Part shown: positions 31,431 through 40,736 of the stretch, one piece after another
Layout of the letters: each line of letters starts with the position of its first letter
Numbering within the stretch: the stretch's first letter is position 1
Sequence record: ON529851.1
Length of the DNA: 64,000 bases
Strand: one strand, 5' to 3'
Program-made: the position numbers and the translations under genes
Notes under the pieces: generated by a model
The model's input: the letters and a program-made list of their open reading frames with translations, nothing else
Told to the model about the DNA's origin: nothing
Databases searched by the model: none

Positions 31431-31858
31431 AGGCGAGTGTCCTCGGCGCCGTCGTCGAAGCCGGGCGACAGGATCGGGAAATCGCTCCAGTCAGGCGGCG
31501 GCGTCGGCAGGGCGTGGACCATGACGTCTCGGTCGCCGACCCACTCGGCGAAACGCACCGTGTGCGGGAACCGGGCGCGGCAGTCGGCAGACGTCTTGTC
31601 GTCGACGTCGTCGCGCGGGCCAAACATCGTCTCCAGGTCCTCCAGCGACCAGGGTCCGGTCGGGTTGGCGCGCAGGATGGCGTCGATCTCTTCGGTCACG
31701 GCGTAGCCCAGCCGTTCGACCACCGTGCGCAAGGTCAGCGCTTCGGCGTCGGCCTCGAACACTTCGGCCAGCAGCGCGTCGCTGAAGCGTGCGGTCAGCG
31801 TTCCGGTCACGGCGTCGTTTTCAACGGATGGGCTTGGGAGTCCGGTGTCCGTCAGCAT
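31427..31858 (-). CDS. Hypothetical protein (143 aa)
   Basis: Coupled ORF. Confidence 0.7.
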   Translation of the reverse strand: MLTDTGLPSPSVENDAVTGTLTARFSDALLAEVFEADAEALTLRTVVERLGYAVTEEIDAILRANPTGPWSLEDLETMFGPRDDVDDKTSADCRARFPHTVRFAEWVGDRDVMVHALPTPPPDWSDFPILSPGFDDGAEDTRL

Positions 31859-32073
31859 GTGATTTCATCCTCGTTGTGGACTTCTACTCCCGCCTCGAAG
31901 ATCGCTGTAATGTCGCCGGGGTCCGTGTTCACGCGCGCGATCTCCGCACGCAATTCATTAGAAGCTTGGCGGGCGTAGTGCGCGGTGATCAACCAGCTAG
32001 ACAGCGCACCAAAAGCGACTCCTAGAGTCCACGTAAACCAGGGGTTGTAGAGCCAATTGTTACAGTCAAGCAT
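31852..32073 (-). CDS. Small membrane protein, lower GC
   Basis: One hydrophobic helix; start uncertain. Confidence 0.5.
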   Translation of the reverse strand: MLDCNNWLYNPWFTWTLGVAFGALSSWLITAHYARQASNELRAEIARVNTDPGDITAIFEAGVEVHNEDEITC

Positions 32074-32114
32074 AGCGTTCGTCCCGCTCGGCGGCGATCT
32101 CGCCCAGGGTCTTG

Positions 32115-32540
32115 TCAGCCGACATGGCGGTGCTCTTCTTCAGCTTCAGCTTCTTGTTCAGCCTTGGGGCCGAGGGAGGCGCGGACCTGTTCGATCCAGG
32201 CGCGGTTGTCTTCGGCCGACGCGGCGCGCGGCGGCAGGTGGGGTCGAAAGCCGACGACTTCATGGGAACCGGGCGCGTAGACGATCTCGACCGCCTCCGC
32301 ATGAGCGATGTCGCTCTCCAGTTCCTCGGCCGGACCGGCGATCTCCAGGATCGCCAACGCCAGCCGACGCGCCAGGCGGCGGTCGAACAGCATCGTGTTC
32401 TGCCCGGTCACGATCTCCACGCAACGGCCGTCGGGGTTGCCGATCGTGCGGAAGACATAGTGAAACCGGGGGTCCATCGCCTCGGTGCAGCGCCAGACCA
32501 TGAGACCGGCCTGGATGGTCACGCTGAAGTCGTCGACCAA
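32115..32540 (-). CDS. Hypothetical protein (141 aa)
   Basis: ORF; TTG start uncertain. Confidence 0.6.
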   Translation of the reverse strand: MVDDFSVTIQAGLMVWRCTEAMDPRFHYVFRTIGNPDGRCVEIVTGQNTMLFDRRLARRLALAILEIAGPAEELESDIAHAEAVEIVYAPGSHEVVGFRPHLPPRAASAEDNRAWIEQVRASLGPKAEQEAEAEEEHRHVG

Positions 32541-32545
32541 CGACG

Positions 32546-32686
32546 TCAGCGCCGCGTGATGGGTTGCAGAGCGGTGGTGTTCATCAAGGCGCTGCGCAGC
32601 GTCTTGTAGGCCGGGACTTCGTAGACCTTCGCCGGGGCGGTGGTGTTGAAGTCGTCGACGTAGGTGTATTGGATGGGGTCGGACAT
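32546..32686 (-). CDS. Hypothetical protein (46 aa, MSDPIQY...)
   Basis: SD GAGG; fills the gap. Confidence 0.55.
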   Translation of the reverse strand: MSDPIQYTYVDDFNTTAPAKVYEVPAYKTLRSALMNTTALQPITRR

Positions 32687-32696
32687 GAAGGCCTCG

Positions 32697-32924
32697 TTAG
32701 CGGGATTGGATGTTGTGACGGCGGGCCTCGCGGCGCCGGCGCTTCTGGTCGCCCAGGGCGAGCCAGTGGAGGAAGGTGAGGGCGGCCAGGGCCAGGCTGA
32801 GCGCCGCGCCGTATTCGACGCCGGGCGGCGGGTCCTGGGTCATGGAGCCGACCATAACGAGAAGGCTGGCCGCCAACGACGTGATCGACGTCAGTAGCCA
32901 CAGGGTGCGGGCGCGCTCGGTCAT
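32697..32924 (-). CDS. Two-TM membrane protein (75 aa)
   Basis: ATGA coupling; two hydrophobic helices. Confidence 0.65.
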   Translation of the reverse strand: MTERARTLWLLTSITSLAASLLVMVGSMTQDPPPGVEYGAALSLALAALTFLHWLALGDQKRRRREARRHNIQSR

Positions 32925-33175
32925 GCGAACTTCGCGAACAGCCATTCCGCCAGCAGGTAGAGGCCGGCGGCGACGGGCGGGATCGCCGAAAAGATCGAGA
33001 CGGGCAGGATCATCACGGTGAAGTCGTGCTGCCACAGGGCGAAGGGCAACGAGAAGATCGCCCCGACCACGGCGCCCAGGAAGGCCAGGGCGACGGCCGC
33101 GCCGACGAAGGTCAGTCCGACCAGGAAGGTGATCGACCCTTGATCAAAGACGGGTGCGCCCGCCATGTCATTCAC
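32921..33175 (-). CDS. Two-TM membrane protein (84 aa)
   Basis: Hydrophobic helices. Confidence 0.65.
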   Translation of the reverse strand: MNDMAGAPVFDQGSITFLVGLTFVGAAVALAFLGAVVGAIFSLPFALWQHDFTVMILPVSIFSAIPPVAAGLYLLAEWLFAKFA

Positions 33176-33911
33176 CCCCGTCGAGCAGGTGCTGGATGCG
33201 GTCCCAGCCCGACGGGTCGATCTTGGAGATCGCCGCCAGCAGCAGGCCGACCAGGGTGTCCTTGTGGACCTGGGGTCCCGCCATGCCGTGCACCGGCGGC
33301 TGGCCGCGCGGAGCGAGGATGCCGGCCCAGGTCTCTTCCTGGTTGAACTTCTTCATCACCGTCAGGGTGACGCCGTGGCCCCGGCTCTCGTGGTAGCGGC
33401 GCTTCGGGAAGCTGTAGGTCTCGCCGGCGCGGATGACTTCGATGCCGTCGATGTGCAGGTCGACGCCGCTCTGACGGATGGTCGGCTCAGCCGATCCGAG
33501 ATGGGCCGGCATAACCTCCCACTCGTTGAACCGGCCGAAACCTTCAAGCACCTCGTCGCCCGACCCGGCGGTGGTGCTCCAGCCCGGCGTGATCGACAGG
33601 AAGATGTTCGTCACCGCGCCCAGCAGCACCGTCGAGGTGAAGTCGAAACGGTGGTCATGGCGGCAGCCGAAGGATTCCGGCTCAGTCGGCAGGTCCGGAT
33701 GCCACAGGTGCAGACGGACGTCCTCGTTCAGATAGACCTGGGCGAAGCCGACCCCGGCGTGATAGCGCGGCTTCAGCGTGCCGCTGATCAGTCCCGCGCG
33801 GACAGTCTGATAGAGGGGATGCTGATCGGACACAGAGAGGATTTCCTTGAGACGGGCGTTGGCGGCGGCGCTGGCGCGCTTGAGGGTTTCGGGGGAGACG
33901 CGATGCGTCAC
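33168..33911 (-). CDS. Cupin-like hypothetical protein (247 aa)
   Basis: LHLWHP...HDHRFDFTS...YHES motif; GTGA coupling. Confidence 0.65.
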   Translation of the reverse strand: MTHRVSPETLKRASAAANARLKEILSVSDQHPLYQTVRAGLISGTLKPRYHAGVGFAQVYLNEDVRLHLWHPDLPTEPESFGCRHDHRFDFTSTVLLGAVTNIFLSITPGWSTTAGSGDEVLEGFGRFNEWEVMPAHLGSAEPTIRQSGVDLHIDGIEVIRAGETYSFPKRRYHESRGHGVTLTVMKKFNQEETWAGILAPRGQPPVHGMAGPQVHKDTLVGLLLAAISKIDPSGWDRIQHLLDGGE

Positions 33912-34819
33912 CCCTCGCCCTCCCAACCGGCGGGGACGCGGAAGCCGGCGGCGTTCTTGTGGCCGCCGCCGCCGAACTGGCTGGCGACCTGGGAGACGTC
34001 CACCGCCTTGGGATCGTCCTTGTCCGAGCGCAGCGAGAACGAGCGCTGGCCGTCCGAGGTGTCGAAGTAGCTGGCCGAGAAGGCCTCGCCGCGACACATG
34101 ATGTTGCCGCCCTCAGAGGCGAAGATGTAGGGCAGGTTCGCGACCGGGACGTCGTAGCCGCCGATCACCATGCGGCGCTTGGCGGCGCGGATGGCGCCGG
34201 AGATTTCCGCGTCCTGCTTCTTGACCAGGGCCTCGCCGATCTTCACGGCGTGGCGCATGCCCTCGTCGTCGTCGAGCGTCTGGGCCATGTCCATCCAGCT
34301 ATCGAAGTCCAGCGGCGACAGACCCATCCAGGCGCAAACCGCCTTGGCGTTGGGCAGAGCCCAGGTCCACAGATCGCGGTCCTGGACGTAGCGGACCAGA
34401 GCCGGCGCGCCTTCGTCGTCCTTCAGGTCCCAGACGGCCGCAACGCCGTCTTCGGCGCCGAAGCAGAACTCCCACGACAGCATGGCGCCCGACTTGGTCA
34501 TGTCGAAGACGCCCATGATCGTGCCGTCCTGGATCAGCGGCTCCAGCAGGCGCTGGGCCGAGACGTGGTGATCCAGAATGGTCACCGAGGCCGCCTCGGA
34601 CACGATCTGCATCGTCGGCTCGGGCTTGTAGGAGAAGTCGACGATCAGGACGTGCTTGCCGGCGACATCCGGCAGGGTGTCGGCCTGGTAGACGCCAGGG
34701 ACCATCTTGCAGTTCGGCCAGCGAAGCTGCACGGCCCAGGCGGCGGTGAAGCCGTCGGCGCAGGGGTGATGGTAGATGCAGACGTCAGGCTCGTACCCGA
34801 ACGGGGCGTGATAGGCCAT
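33908..34819 (-). CDS. DHH/DHHA1 phosphoesterase
   Basis: YH..CADG, IVDF, LDHH, DRDLW, SLRS...GGGGHKNAAG. Confidence 0.9.
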   Translation of the reverse strand: MAYHAPFGYEPDVCIYHHPCADGFTAAWAVQLRWPNCKMVPGVYQADTLPDVAGKHVLIVDFSYKPEPTMQIVSEAASVTILDHHVSAQRLLEPLIQDGTIMGVFDMTKSGAMLSWEFCFGAEDGVAAVWDLKDDEGAPALVRYVQDRDLWTWALPNAKAVCAWMGLSPLDFDSWMDMAQTLDDDEGMRHAVKIGEALVKKQDAEISGAIRAAKRRMVIGGYDVPVANLPYIFASEGGNIMCRGEAFSASYFDTSDGQRSFSLRSDKDDPKAVDVSQVASQFGGGGHKNAAGFRVPAGWEGEG

Positions 34820-35085
34820 CAGTCTTCGGCCCCAAACGCGTCGTCTTCATCTTCGTCGTCGCTCTCGGCGAGGTTTTCGATCTCCTCGACGGCGCGCTCG
34901 ATCAGGTCGTGCGTGACGGGCGTGGTGGTCGAGGAGGCGACGTAGATTTCGTCGTCCTCGGTCAGGCCGATGACCACGACCTGCTCCAGGTCCGCGTCCA
35001 GGGCGCCTTCCAGCACCTTGTGGACAGGGACGCGGAACTGCGGGCCTTCACGCACGATGCGCTTGCGGGTGAACTTGGAACTCAT
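34819..35085 (-). CDS. Hypothetical acidic protein (88 aa)
   Basis: Coupled ORF. Confidence 0.65.
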   Translation of the reverse strand: MSSKFTRKRIVREGPQFRVPVHKVLEGALDADLEQVVVIGLTEDDEIYVASSTTTPVTHDLIERAVEEIENLAESDDEDEDDAFGAED

Positions 35086-35303
35086 GGCAGGGTCTCGGGG
35101 AACAGGTCGTATTGACGGGGGACGAACCCGACGCCCTTGCACGTTGGGCAATGGACGGTGCGGGCGCGTAGGGTGTAGGAATCGATGTCGTCGGGGTCGG
35201 GGGCGATCCACCCGGCCTGACAGCCGGCGAGGCAGACGGTGTGCTTGTCGTGGTAGGCCTCGGTCATGGCCTTGAGGGCGGCCCTAGTGATCAGGTGTCG
35301 CAT
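35082..35303 (-). CDS. Small Zn-finger protein
   Basis: C.AGC.AGW...CPTCKG.G (DnaJ-type CxxCxGxG). Confidence 0.6.
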   Translation of the reverse strand: MRHLITRAALKAMTEAYHDKHTVCLAGCQAGWIAPDPDDIDSYTLRARTVHCPTCKGVGFVPRQYDLFPETLP

Positions 35304-35661
35304 CGAGCGGCAGACCCGTCTTGAGGTCGAAGGACTGGCCGGCGGCCTTGGCCTCTTCCATCTTGCGTTTGACGTGGGTGAACTCGCAGCAGGAGAACTG
35401 GAAGCCGTGAACCAGGTCGGCGTAGATGAAGATCGGCAGTTCGCCGGACAGCTTGGATGCCGCGAAACGTGACTCCCACGCCGCCTTCAGGCGCACGATG
35501 TCCAGCGGCGTCTCCTTGACCGTCAGATAGTCGGTCTTGTCGGTCGCGAAGGTCGTGTAGACCTGGGTGCGCGGGACGGTGGCGGCGTTGCCGCGCGTCG
35601 AGACGATCTGCTCGGGCGCGACGTAAACGTATTCGCCGGTGGTGAGGGTGAGGCGGATCAT
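35284..35661 (-). CDS. FlbD/SwrD-like protein
   Basis: MIRLTLTTG..VYV....I...TV.ETPLDIV resembles the FlbD pattern. Confidence 0.55.
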   Translation of the reverse strand: MIRLTLTTGEYVYVAPEQIVSTRGNAATVPRTQVYTTFATDKTDYLTVKETPLDIVRLKAAWESRFAASKLSGELPIFIYADLVHGFQFSCCEFTHVKRKMEEAKAAGQSFDLKTGLPLDATPDH

Positions 35662-35966
35662 TCGGCGATCAACCGGAACGACATATCGCCTTCCGCGTCG
35701 CGGTGCGCGTAGATGGCAGGCCTCGGCGGGGCGAACTCGGCCCGCGCGCCCCAGGCCGCGATCAGCGTGGCGACCTCGTCGGGCGTCTCGACCACGTCGA
35801 TCGGGTCATGACCGCCCGTCATCAGGACGAAGTTGCGCAGGGCGGCGCCCTCGGCGTCGGCCGCCACGGCGAAGCCCCGGTGGTCGCAGGGATAGACTCC
35901 GACCTCCTGGACCTTGGTCGGGTTCAACAGGCGCTTGAGGCCGTTGAGCAGGGTCACTTGAATCAC
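35658..35966 (-). CDS. FlbD/SwrD-like protein (paralog)
   Basis: MIQVTLLNG...LNP..V...V.ETPDEV. Confidence 0.55.
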   Translation of the reverse strand: MIQVTLLNGLKRLLNPTKVQEVGVYPCDHRGFAVAADAEGAALRNFVLMTGGHDPIDVVETPDEVATLIAAWGARAEFAPPRPAIYAHRDAEGDMSFRLIAE

Positions 35967-36439
35967 AGGATCACCGTCGGCGCCCCAGGCGCCACGTAGC
36001 AGTTGATGGAGTCGCGGAGCCATTCATCGAAGGCTTCGCGGGTGATGAGGTCGCCTTCGCGGGGCGGGATCACGACCAGGGCGCGGAAGTTCTCCTGCCG
36101 GCGGCCGACATAGGTCATGCCCTTCGCGCCGTAGGGAATGACGCGGACGCCGTCGTTCGCTTCGGTCGGGAAGGACGTCACCAGCGGGATCAGGGCCTCG
36201 GCCTGGGCGTGGCTCGCCACCGCAAAGGCCAGGGCGCCGACCCGCTCAGGGTGGGTGGCGATGGGACGCGTGAAGCCGCCCAGCTTGTAGGCGTCCATCT
36301 GGTCCTGGGTCGGCGGATGGAGAAACCGCAGGTGCGTCGGATAGACGTGCCCGTTGCCGCAGCGGTCGTTCCCGCCGGGGCGGCGCTCGCGTGCATGTCC
36401 GCCGTCGCCGCAGACGGGGCAGTAACCCAGCAGGCTCAT
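35963..36439 (-). CDS. Hypothetical protein with N-terminal Zn ribbon (158 aa)
   Basis: CPVCG...RC.NGH. Confidence 0.65.
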   Translation of the reverse strand: MSLLGYCPVCGDGGHARERRPGGNDRCGNGHVYPTHLRFLHPPTQDQMDAYKLGGFTRPIATHPERVGALAFAVASHAQAEALIPLVTSFPTEANDGVRVIPYGAKGMTYVGRRQENFRALVVIPPREGDLITREAFDEWLRDSINCYVAPGAPTVIL

Positions 36440-36792
36440 CGCGGCGCCCACGAGACGTCAAAGGACGCGGAGCCGTGATGCCCGCCTTGATTGAAGCTGA
36501 CCGCGTATCCGGCTTTCACCAGGGCGCGGTGCGTCGACACACGACAGTCGTTGATGTAGGCCGACGTCAACTGGCCGTCGTGCCGAGGCAAGACGCTGAT
36601 GACGTCGACCTGGTCGCGCCCGACGCGGGCGGCTGCCACGATCAGGGCTTCGATCCGCTCCAGGGCCTCGTCGAGATCGAAGGCGGGCATGAGGTCCCGC
36701 ACGGCGTCTGCCGAGGCGATGCCATTGATGCGCTTGAGGCTCGGTCGTTCCATGGTCGAGTCCAGTTCAGGGCGCGGCGTCGAAGCCCACAT
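36436..36792 (-). CDS. Hypothetical protein (118 aa), paralog of 36792-37115
   Basis: TGATG coupling; shared SA..(A/V)R...P.(F/L)D motif. Confidence 0.65.
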   Translation of the reverse strand: MWASTPRPELDSTMERPSLKRINGIASADAVRDLMPAFDLDEALERIEALIVAAARVGRDQVDVISVLPRHDGQLTSAYINDCRVSTHRALVKAGYAVSFNQGGHHGSASFDVSWAPR

Positions 36793-37115
36793 CAGGCGTC
36801 GGCCGTTTCCGCCCACGAGAGGTTGATGTAACCGCGCTTGGCTGCCGAGCCCTCGAAGGCCTCGACCCGATAGCCTGCGTCGGCCAGGGTTTCGATCAGG
36901 CCCAGGACCGTGGCGTTGCCGGCGATCTTGCCGGTCATCCAGGCGCCCGAGTTGGGCTGGGGAACGATCGTCGAGATGTCGACGTGGGTGCGCCCGAGCG
37001 AAATCGCGTTGCGGATCGCGTGGTCGATCTTGGCGTAGACGCCGGTCGGGTCCAGCGCCGGCACATAGGCGCGGGCTTCGGCGGCGGACAGGAGGGGGAG
37101 GGTCTTCTTGGTCAT
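36792..37115 (-). CDS. Hypothetical protein (107 aa)
   Basis: ORF. Confidence 0.7.
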   Translation of the reverse strand: MTKKTLPLLSAAEARAYVPALDPTGVYAKIDHAIRNAISLGRTHVDISTIVPQPNSGAWMTGKIAGNATVLGLIETLADAGYRVEAFEGSAAKRGYINLSWAETADA

Positions 37116-37117
37116 GT

Positions 37118-37825
37118 TTACTCAGGGGTGATTTGGGTCGCCAGGTAGGCCTGGATGGAGGCGTGGTCGCCGCGCATGGCGGCCTCGATCTGCTCTCGCG
37201 GCAGACCGGTGATCCGCATCATGCTGCGGATGTTGCGCTCGCGCAGTTCAGCCGGCGTCACCTCGGGGATGACGAAGGTCTGGGGGTCCTTCATCTGACC
37301 GAACATCCAGGTCCTGATCTGGGCGCGGTGCGCGACTTCCCAGGCGCGGAACGCATCCTGGAGCAGACGCTGAAGGTCTTCTTCGGCCGTGACGTCGTCT
37401 GGGCTGCGGATGAACATCCAATCGCCGGCCGCTTTCGTCAGTCCCGTGATCAGGGCGATCTCGGCTGCTTCGGCGGCGCCGGTCAGGCCGTCCCAGCCGT
37501 CCTCGCCCCAGCAGTCCTCGTTGGCCTCCATGAAGAGGTCCAGGACCGCTTCGGCGTTGAAGGTCACGCCGCCGGTGGTCTGGTATTCCGCCAGCAGCGC
37601 CTGGGTGTCGAACACCGGCGGCACGGTGGTGCGCTTGTCGGCTTCGCAGACGTAAATCGTGACTCCGGGCTCAGGTCCGTAGGCTTCGTCCTCGGATTCC
37701 TTCAGCGCGTGCGCCTTGGCGGCCGCGAAGCTGTCGAACGGGCCTTGGGCGTATTCGAACTCTTCGTGGTCCGCCCAGTAAAAGCGGAAGACGCCGTCGG
37801 AGGGCGTATCGTCCCAGAGCGCCAT
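37118..37825 (-). CDS. Hypothetical protein (235 aa)
   Basis: TGATG coupling. Confidence 0.7.
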   Translation of the reverse strand: MALWDDTPSDGVFRFYWADHEEFEYAQGPFDSFAAAKAHALKESEDEAYGPEPGVTIYVCEADKRTTVPPVFDTQALLAEYQTTGGVTFNAEAVLDLFMEANEDCWGEDGWDGLTGAAEAAEIALITGLTKAAGDWMFIRSPDDVTAEEDLQRLLQDAFRAWEVAHRAQIRTWMFGQMKDPQTFVIPEVTPAELRERNIRSMMRITGLPREQIEAAMRGDHASIQAYLATQITPE

Positions 37826-38004
37826 CAGCGGGCGCCTTCCAGGGCCGCGATCAGGGCGCCGATCTCGGCGCGATGCAGGACGAAGCGCCGGTCGCCCATG
37901 TAGGTCTCGCCCGAGGTCTGCTCGACCAGGACGAAGGGCGAATTGGGATCGCACTCGACGATGTCGCCCTGCGGATTGCAGGGGTAGGTGGTGAAGGCGG
38001 TCAT
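37825..38004 (-). CDS. Hypothetical protein (59 aa, MTAFTTY...)
   Basis: Coupled at both ends. Confidence 0.6.
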   Translation of the reverse strand: MTAFTTYPCNPQGDIVECDPNSPFVLVEQTSGETYMGDRRFVLHRAEIGALIAALEGAR

Positions 38005-38348
38005 GCCGCGACGTCCTTGCGCAGGGCGTAGACGACCGGGTTGGCGACGACGTCTTCAGCCTTCGCGATGGTCTCGGTGATCTGCTGATGCGCCTTGGTG
38101 ATCGCCTCGACGTCGATGTCCAGGCGCTCGGCCGGGCTGCCTTGCAGCAGGTTGTAGAGACGGTTCTGCTCGTGGCGCAGCGTGGCGATGCCGACGCCTT
38201 TGAAGGCCAGCAGGCCCAGGCTGATGTCGCCGGCCTCGTAGCGCGCCAGCACGTCGTTGTAGCGGCCGTCGGCGTTGTTCGCGGCGATATGGTCCAGGGC
38301 TTCCTGCTCGGATTCCGTCGGGGACTGGAGTTGCGGTTGCACGGTCAT
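38001..38348 (-). CDS. Hypothetical protein (115 aa)
   Basis: Paralogous N terminus with 38353-38592. Confidence 0.7.
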   Translation of the reverse strand: MTVQPQLQSPTESEQEALDHIAANNADGRYNDVLARYEAGDISLGLLAFKGVGIATLRHEQNRLYNLLQGSPAERLDIDVEAITKAHQQITETIAKAEDVVANPVVYALRKDVAA

Positions 38349-38352
38349 GGGC

Positions 38353-38592
38353 TCAGAGGGCTCGCGGCGTGAAGTAGATCACCGGCTGGGCGATCGAGAT
38401 TTCAGCCTGTTTGATGATGTCGTCGTACTTGCCCAGGACGTTCGCCTGCTTGAGAATATGCAGGCTCGGACCGAGGTAGCGGATGATGCCGACGTTGATC
38501 TTGCCGGCGGCGTAGTCCTCCAGGGTCTGGTCGTAGACCCCGGTCTGGTTGTTCGCCCGCATGTACGCGAGGGCGTCTTCCTGGTTAGTCAT
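38353..38592 (-). CDS. Hypothetical protein (79 aa)
   Basis: ORF; paralog of 38001-38348. Confidence 0.7.
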   Translation of the reverse strand: MTNQEDALAYMRANNQTGVYDQTLEDYAAGKINVGIIRYLGPSLHILKQANVLGKYDDIIKQAEISIAQPVIYFTPRAL

Positions 38593-38603
38593 GGAACTCG
38601 TTA

Positions 38604-38864
38604 CTAAGTCGGAGGGGAGACGGCCTTCGCGTCGTAGCGGCAGGGGCGCCCTTCGAACGGCGGGGTCGTGTGGGAATAGGTGATGGGGGCGCTGACTTCG
38701 GCCTGGACCAGGATCGCCTCGACCAGGTCCTTGACCGCGACGCCCGCGTCGACCGCCGCCGCAATCACCATGCGCGCCAGTTCCGGCGCCTTGGGCTTAA
38801 GGGGCGGTGCGGCGGTGATCGTGGCGCCGTCCGCGTGCAGGGTGTTGGTGAATATGTCGGTCAT
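38604..38864 (-). CDS. Hypothetical protein (86 aa)
   Basis: Coupled ORF. Confidence 0.65.
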   Translation of the reverse strand: MTDIFTNTLHADGATITAAPPLKPKAPELARMVIAAAVDAGVAVKDLVEAILVQAEVSAPITYSHTTPPFEGRPCRYDAKAVSPPT

Positions 38865-39778
38865 CAGTGACGGCCCACGACGGAGTGGATCGCCGAGCCG
38901 TGCCAGGGGTAGGACGGCGGCGAGACAGGGTTGGCCCGGCGGAAACCTTCCACGTATGCGGCAGGTGCGTCATTGTGTGGCGTGGCGTAGGCTTCGCCGG
39001 GCTTGGGGAACACGCCCTGAGTCAGGTACGCGTATCGGTGCAGGAACCGCTGGCGCGCTTCGAGCGGCGACCAGGGTTCAATGGTGAAGGGCAGCGGCTC
39101 GACGCCGCGCAGCATCGTCCAGACGGCGTCATCGTCGGCGCGGCGCGGCATCAGATCGCGCTTCTCGGTCGCCAGCATCACCAGGTCGATCGCCTTGACC
39201 TCGGGGCTCAAGGTGGTCGGCACGCCGAAGGTGGTGAAGATGCAGTTCTCGACGCGGGCCTCGACCGCCTTGTAGCAGGGCAGAAGCTGTTTCAGCGGGC
39301 TCGACATGTCGCCGATGACGCTCTCGGCGCCGTCGTGCAGCAGGGCCGCCAACTCATGGCCGGGTTCGCAGTTCTCGCTCGCCAGGACCGAGTGCTGGGC
39401 GATCGTGTAGATCGCGTCGGACGAAACGTGGGCGCCGAGTTGCCCGGTGAAGCGACACAGCCGCGACAGGCCGGCGGCGATGTCCTCGATCGACAACGGC
39501 GTGTCGCAGGGATTGAGGAAGTCGAAGTATTCACCCGAGGCCAACTGGACCGACGGATACATCTTCAGCGGGGCGGTGGTCTTGGCGCGGGCGTTGATCG
39601 CCGCAACGTGCAAGGCGTTCTGGTCGTCCCGGTTCGCCTGCATCAGGTCGAGGTAGGCCTGGGCGACCAGGGCGGCGTCAGTGCCGGGGTCGGAAGCCCC
39701 CGAGCGGTAATCCGCGCCGCCGATGCGCGTTTTCATGGTCAGGCGGAGCGCCGCGCGCTCAAGCTGGACCTCGGTCAT
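38864..39778 (-). CDS. HD-domain phosphohydrolase (YfbR-like)
   Basis: EDIA..LSRLCRFTG...YTIAQHS...LLHDG.E...GDM.SPLK...K..D...LATE.RDL; start uncertain. Confidence 0.85.
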   Translation of the reverse strand: MTEVQLERAALRLTMKTRIGGADYRSGASDPGTDAALVAQAYLDLMQANRDDQNALHVAAINARAKTTAPLKMYPSVQLASGEYFDFLNPCDTPLSIEDIAAGLSRLCRFTGQLGAHVSSDAIYTIAQHSVLASENCEPGHELAALLHDGAESVIGDMSSPLKQLLPCYKAVEARVENCIFTTFGVPTTLSPEVKAIDLVMLATEKRDLMPRRADDDAVWTMLRGVEPLPFTIEPWSPLEARQRFLHRYAYLTQGVFPKPGEAYATPHNDAPAAYVEGFRRANPVSPPSYPWHGSAIHSVVGRH

Positions 39779-39940
39779 CGACAGGCGATTGTTGTCCACT
39801 TGGACGTCGCGCTCTCGATTATTACGGGCGGTGTCGGAGAGGGGCACTGGGAACGGGGTCCAGATGTGATTAACGCCAGCCGTTGTGCCACGGCTGGCGC
39901 TCCCTGTCAACAATACTGGCAATCAATGTCGCCTGTGGAG

Positions 39941-40300
39941 TCAGTCGCAGCCTCCGCCGCTGTCGCCGCCGCCCGACGAGCAGGACCCGGCAGAATGGTG
40001 GCTGGCGGACGTCGAGCCGTAGTCGACATAGCCGAAGTCCACGATGTGCGACGTTGGGGCGGCGCGCTTGGCGTAAGGCTGGTACGGCGTGTAGCGAGAC
40101 GCCTGGACGGGCGACTTGCCGAGGGTCGCGCGAGACGCAAACGAGCGGGCGCGCGCCGCACTGGCCGCGCGCTTGGCGGCTTCGTTGCTGCGCACCTGCG
40201 CCTCGTACCGGCGATTGGCGGCGGAGACCGCGCCGCGCGCCCACAAGATCAAAGCGATGGTGAGGGCGATGACGACCCCGATGGTGATGGCGAGCCCCAT
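39941..40300 (-). CDS. Membrane-anchored protein with Gly/Ser-rich tail
   Basis: N-terminal TM; SSGGGDSGGGCD end. Confidence 0.7.
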   Translation of the reverse strand: MGLAITIGVVIALTIALILWARGAVSAANRRYEAQVRSNEAAKRAASAARARSFASRATLGKSPVQASRYTPYQPYAKRAAPTSHIVDFGYVDYGSTSASHHSAGSCSSGGGDSGGGCD

Positions 40301-40321
40301 GCTCGTCTCCTTAAAGCGTTG

Positions 40322-40447
40322 TCAGAAAGGGCGCCGGCGGGGCCGCATCGACGTTCGGCGGTCTTCGGGCGGGGCGCGCAACACTGAAACGATCTCCACG
40401 ACAGTCGCCAGGAGCAGCGTAGCGAGCAGCAGTTGCGGCAGGCCCAT
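40322..40447 (-). CDS. Small membrane peptide (41 aa)
   Basis: TGATG coupling; hydrophobic. Confidence 0.45.
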   Translation of the reverse strand: MGLPQLLLATLLLATVVEIVSVLRAPPEDRRTSMRPRRRPF

Positions 40448-40689
40448 CAGAGGCGTCCCGACATGAAGGCGCGGTGCAGTCCCATGACCTGGGCGTCGGT
40501 GGCCTTCTTGGTCTGGGCCGGCAGGAGGCGGCGGCACATGGCGACGATCTGGGCGTCGCGGGCTTCGCCGTCCGGCTCGGGCGCGGTGTCCGCCTGGGTG
40601 AAGCGGGCGATGTAGTCGCGGCTGGTCATGGCGCCGGCGGCCTTGGCGCGGCGCGCTTCCATGTCCGGGTTGATGCGGGTCGGCCGCAC
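40447..40689 (-). CDS. Hypothetical protein (~80 aa)
   Basis: ORF; start uncertain. Confidence 0.5.
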   Translation of the reverse strand: MRPTRINPDMEARRAKAAGAMTSRDYIARFTQADTAPEPDGEARDAQIVAMCRRLLPAQTKKATDAQVMGLHRAFMSGRL

Positions 40690-40736
40690 CGGTGACTGCT
40701 CAGCGTCGGGGCGCGGCTTGCGTTCAGTCTGTCGGC

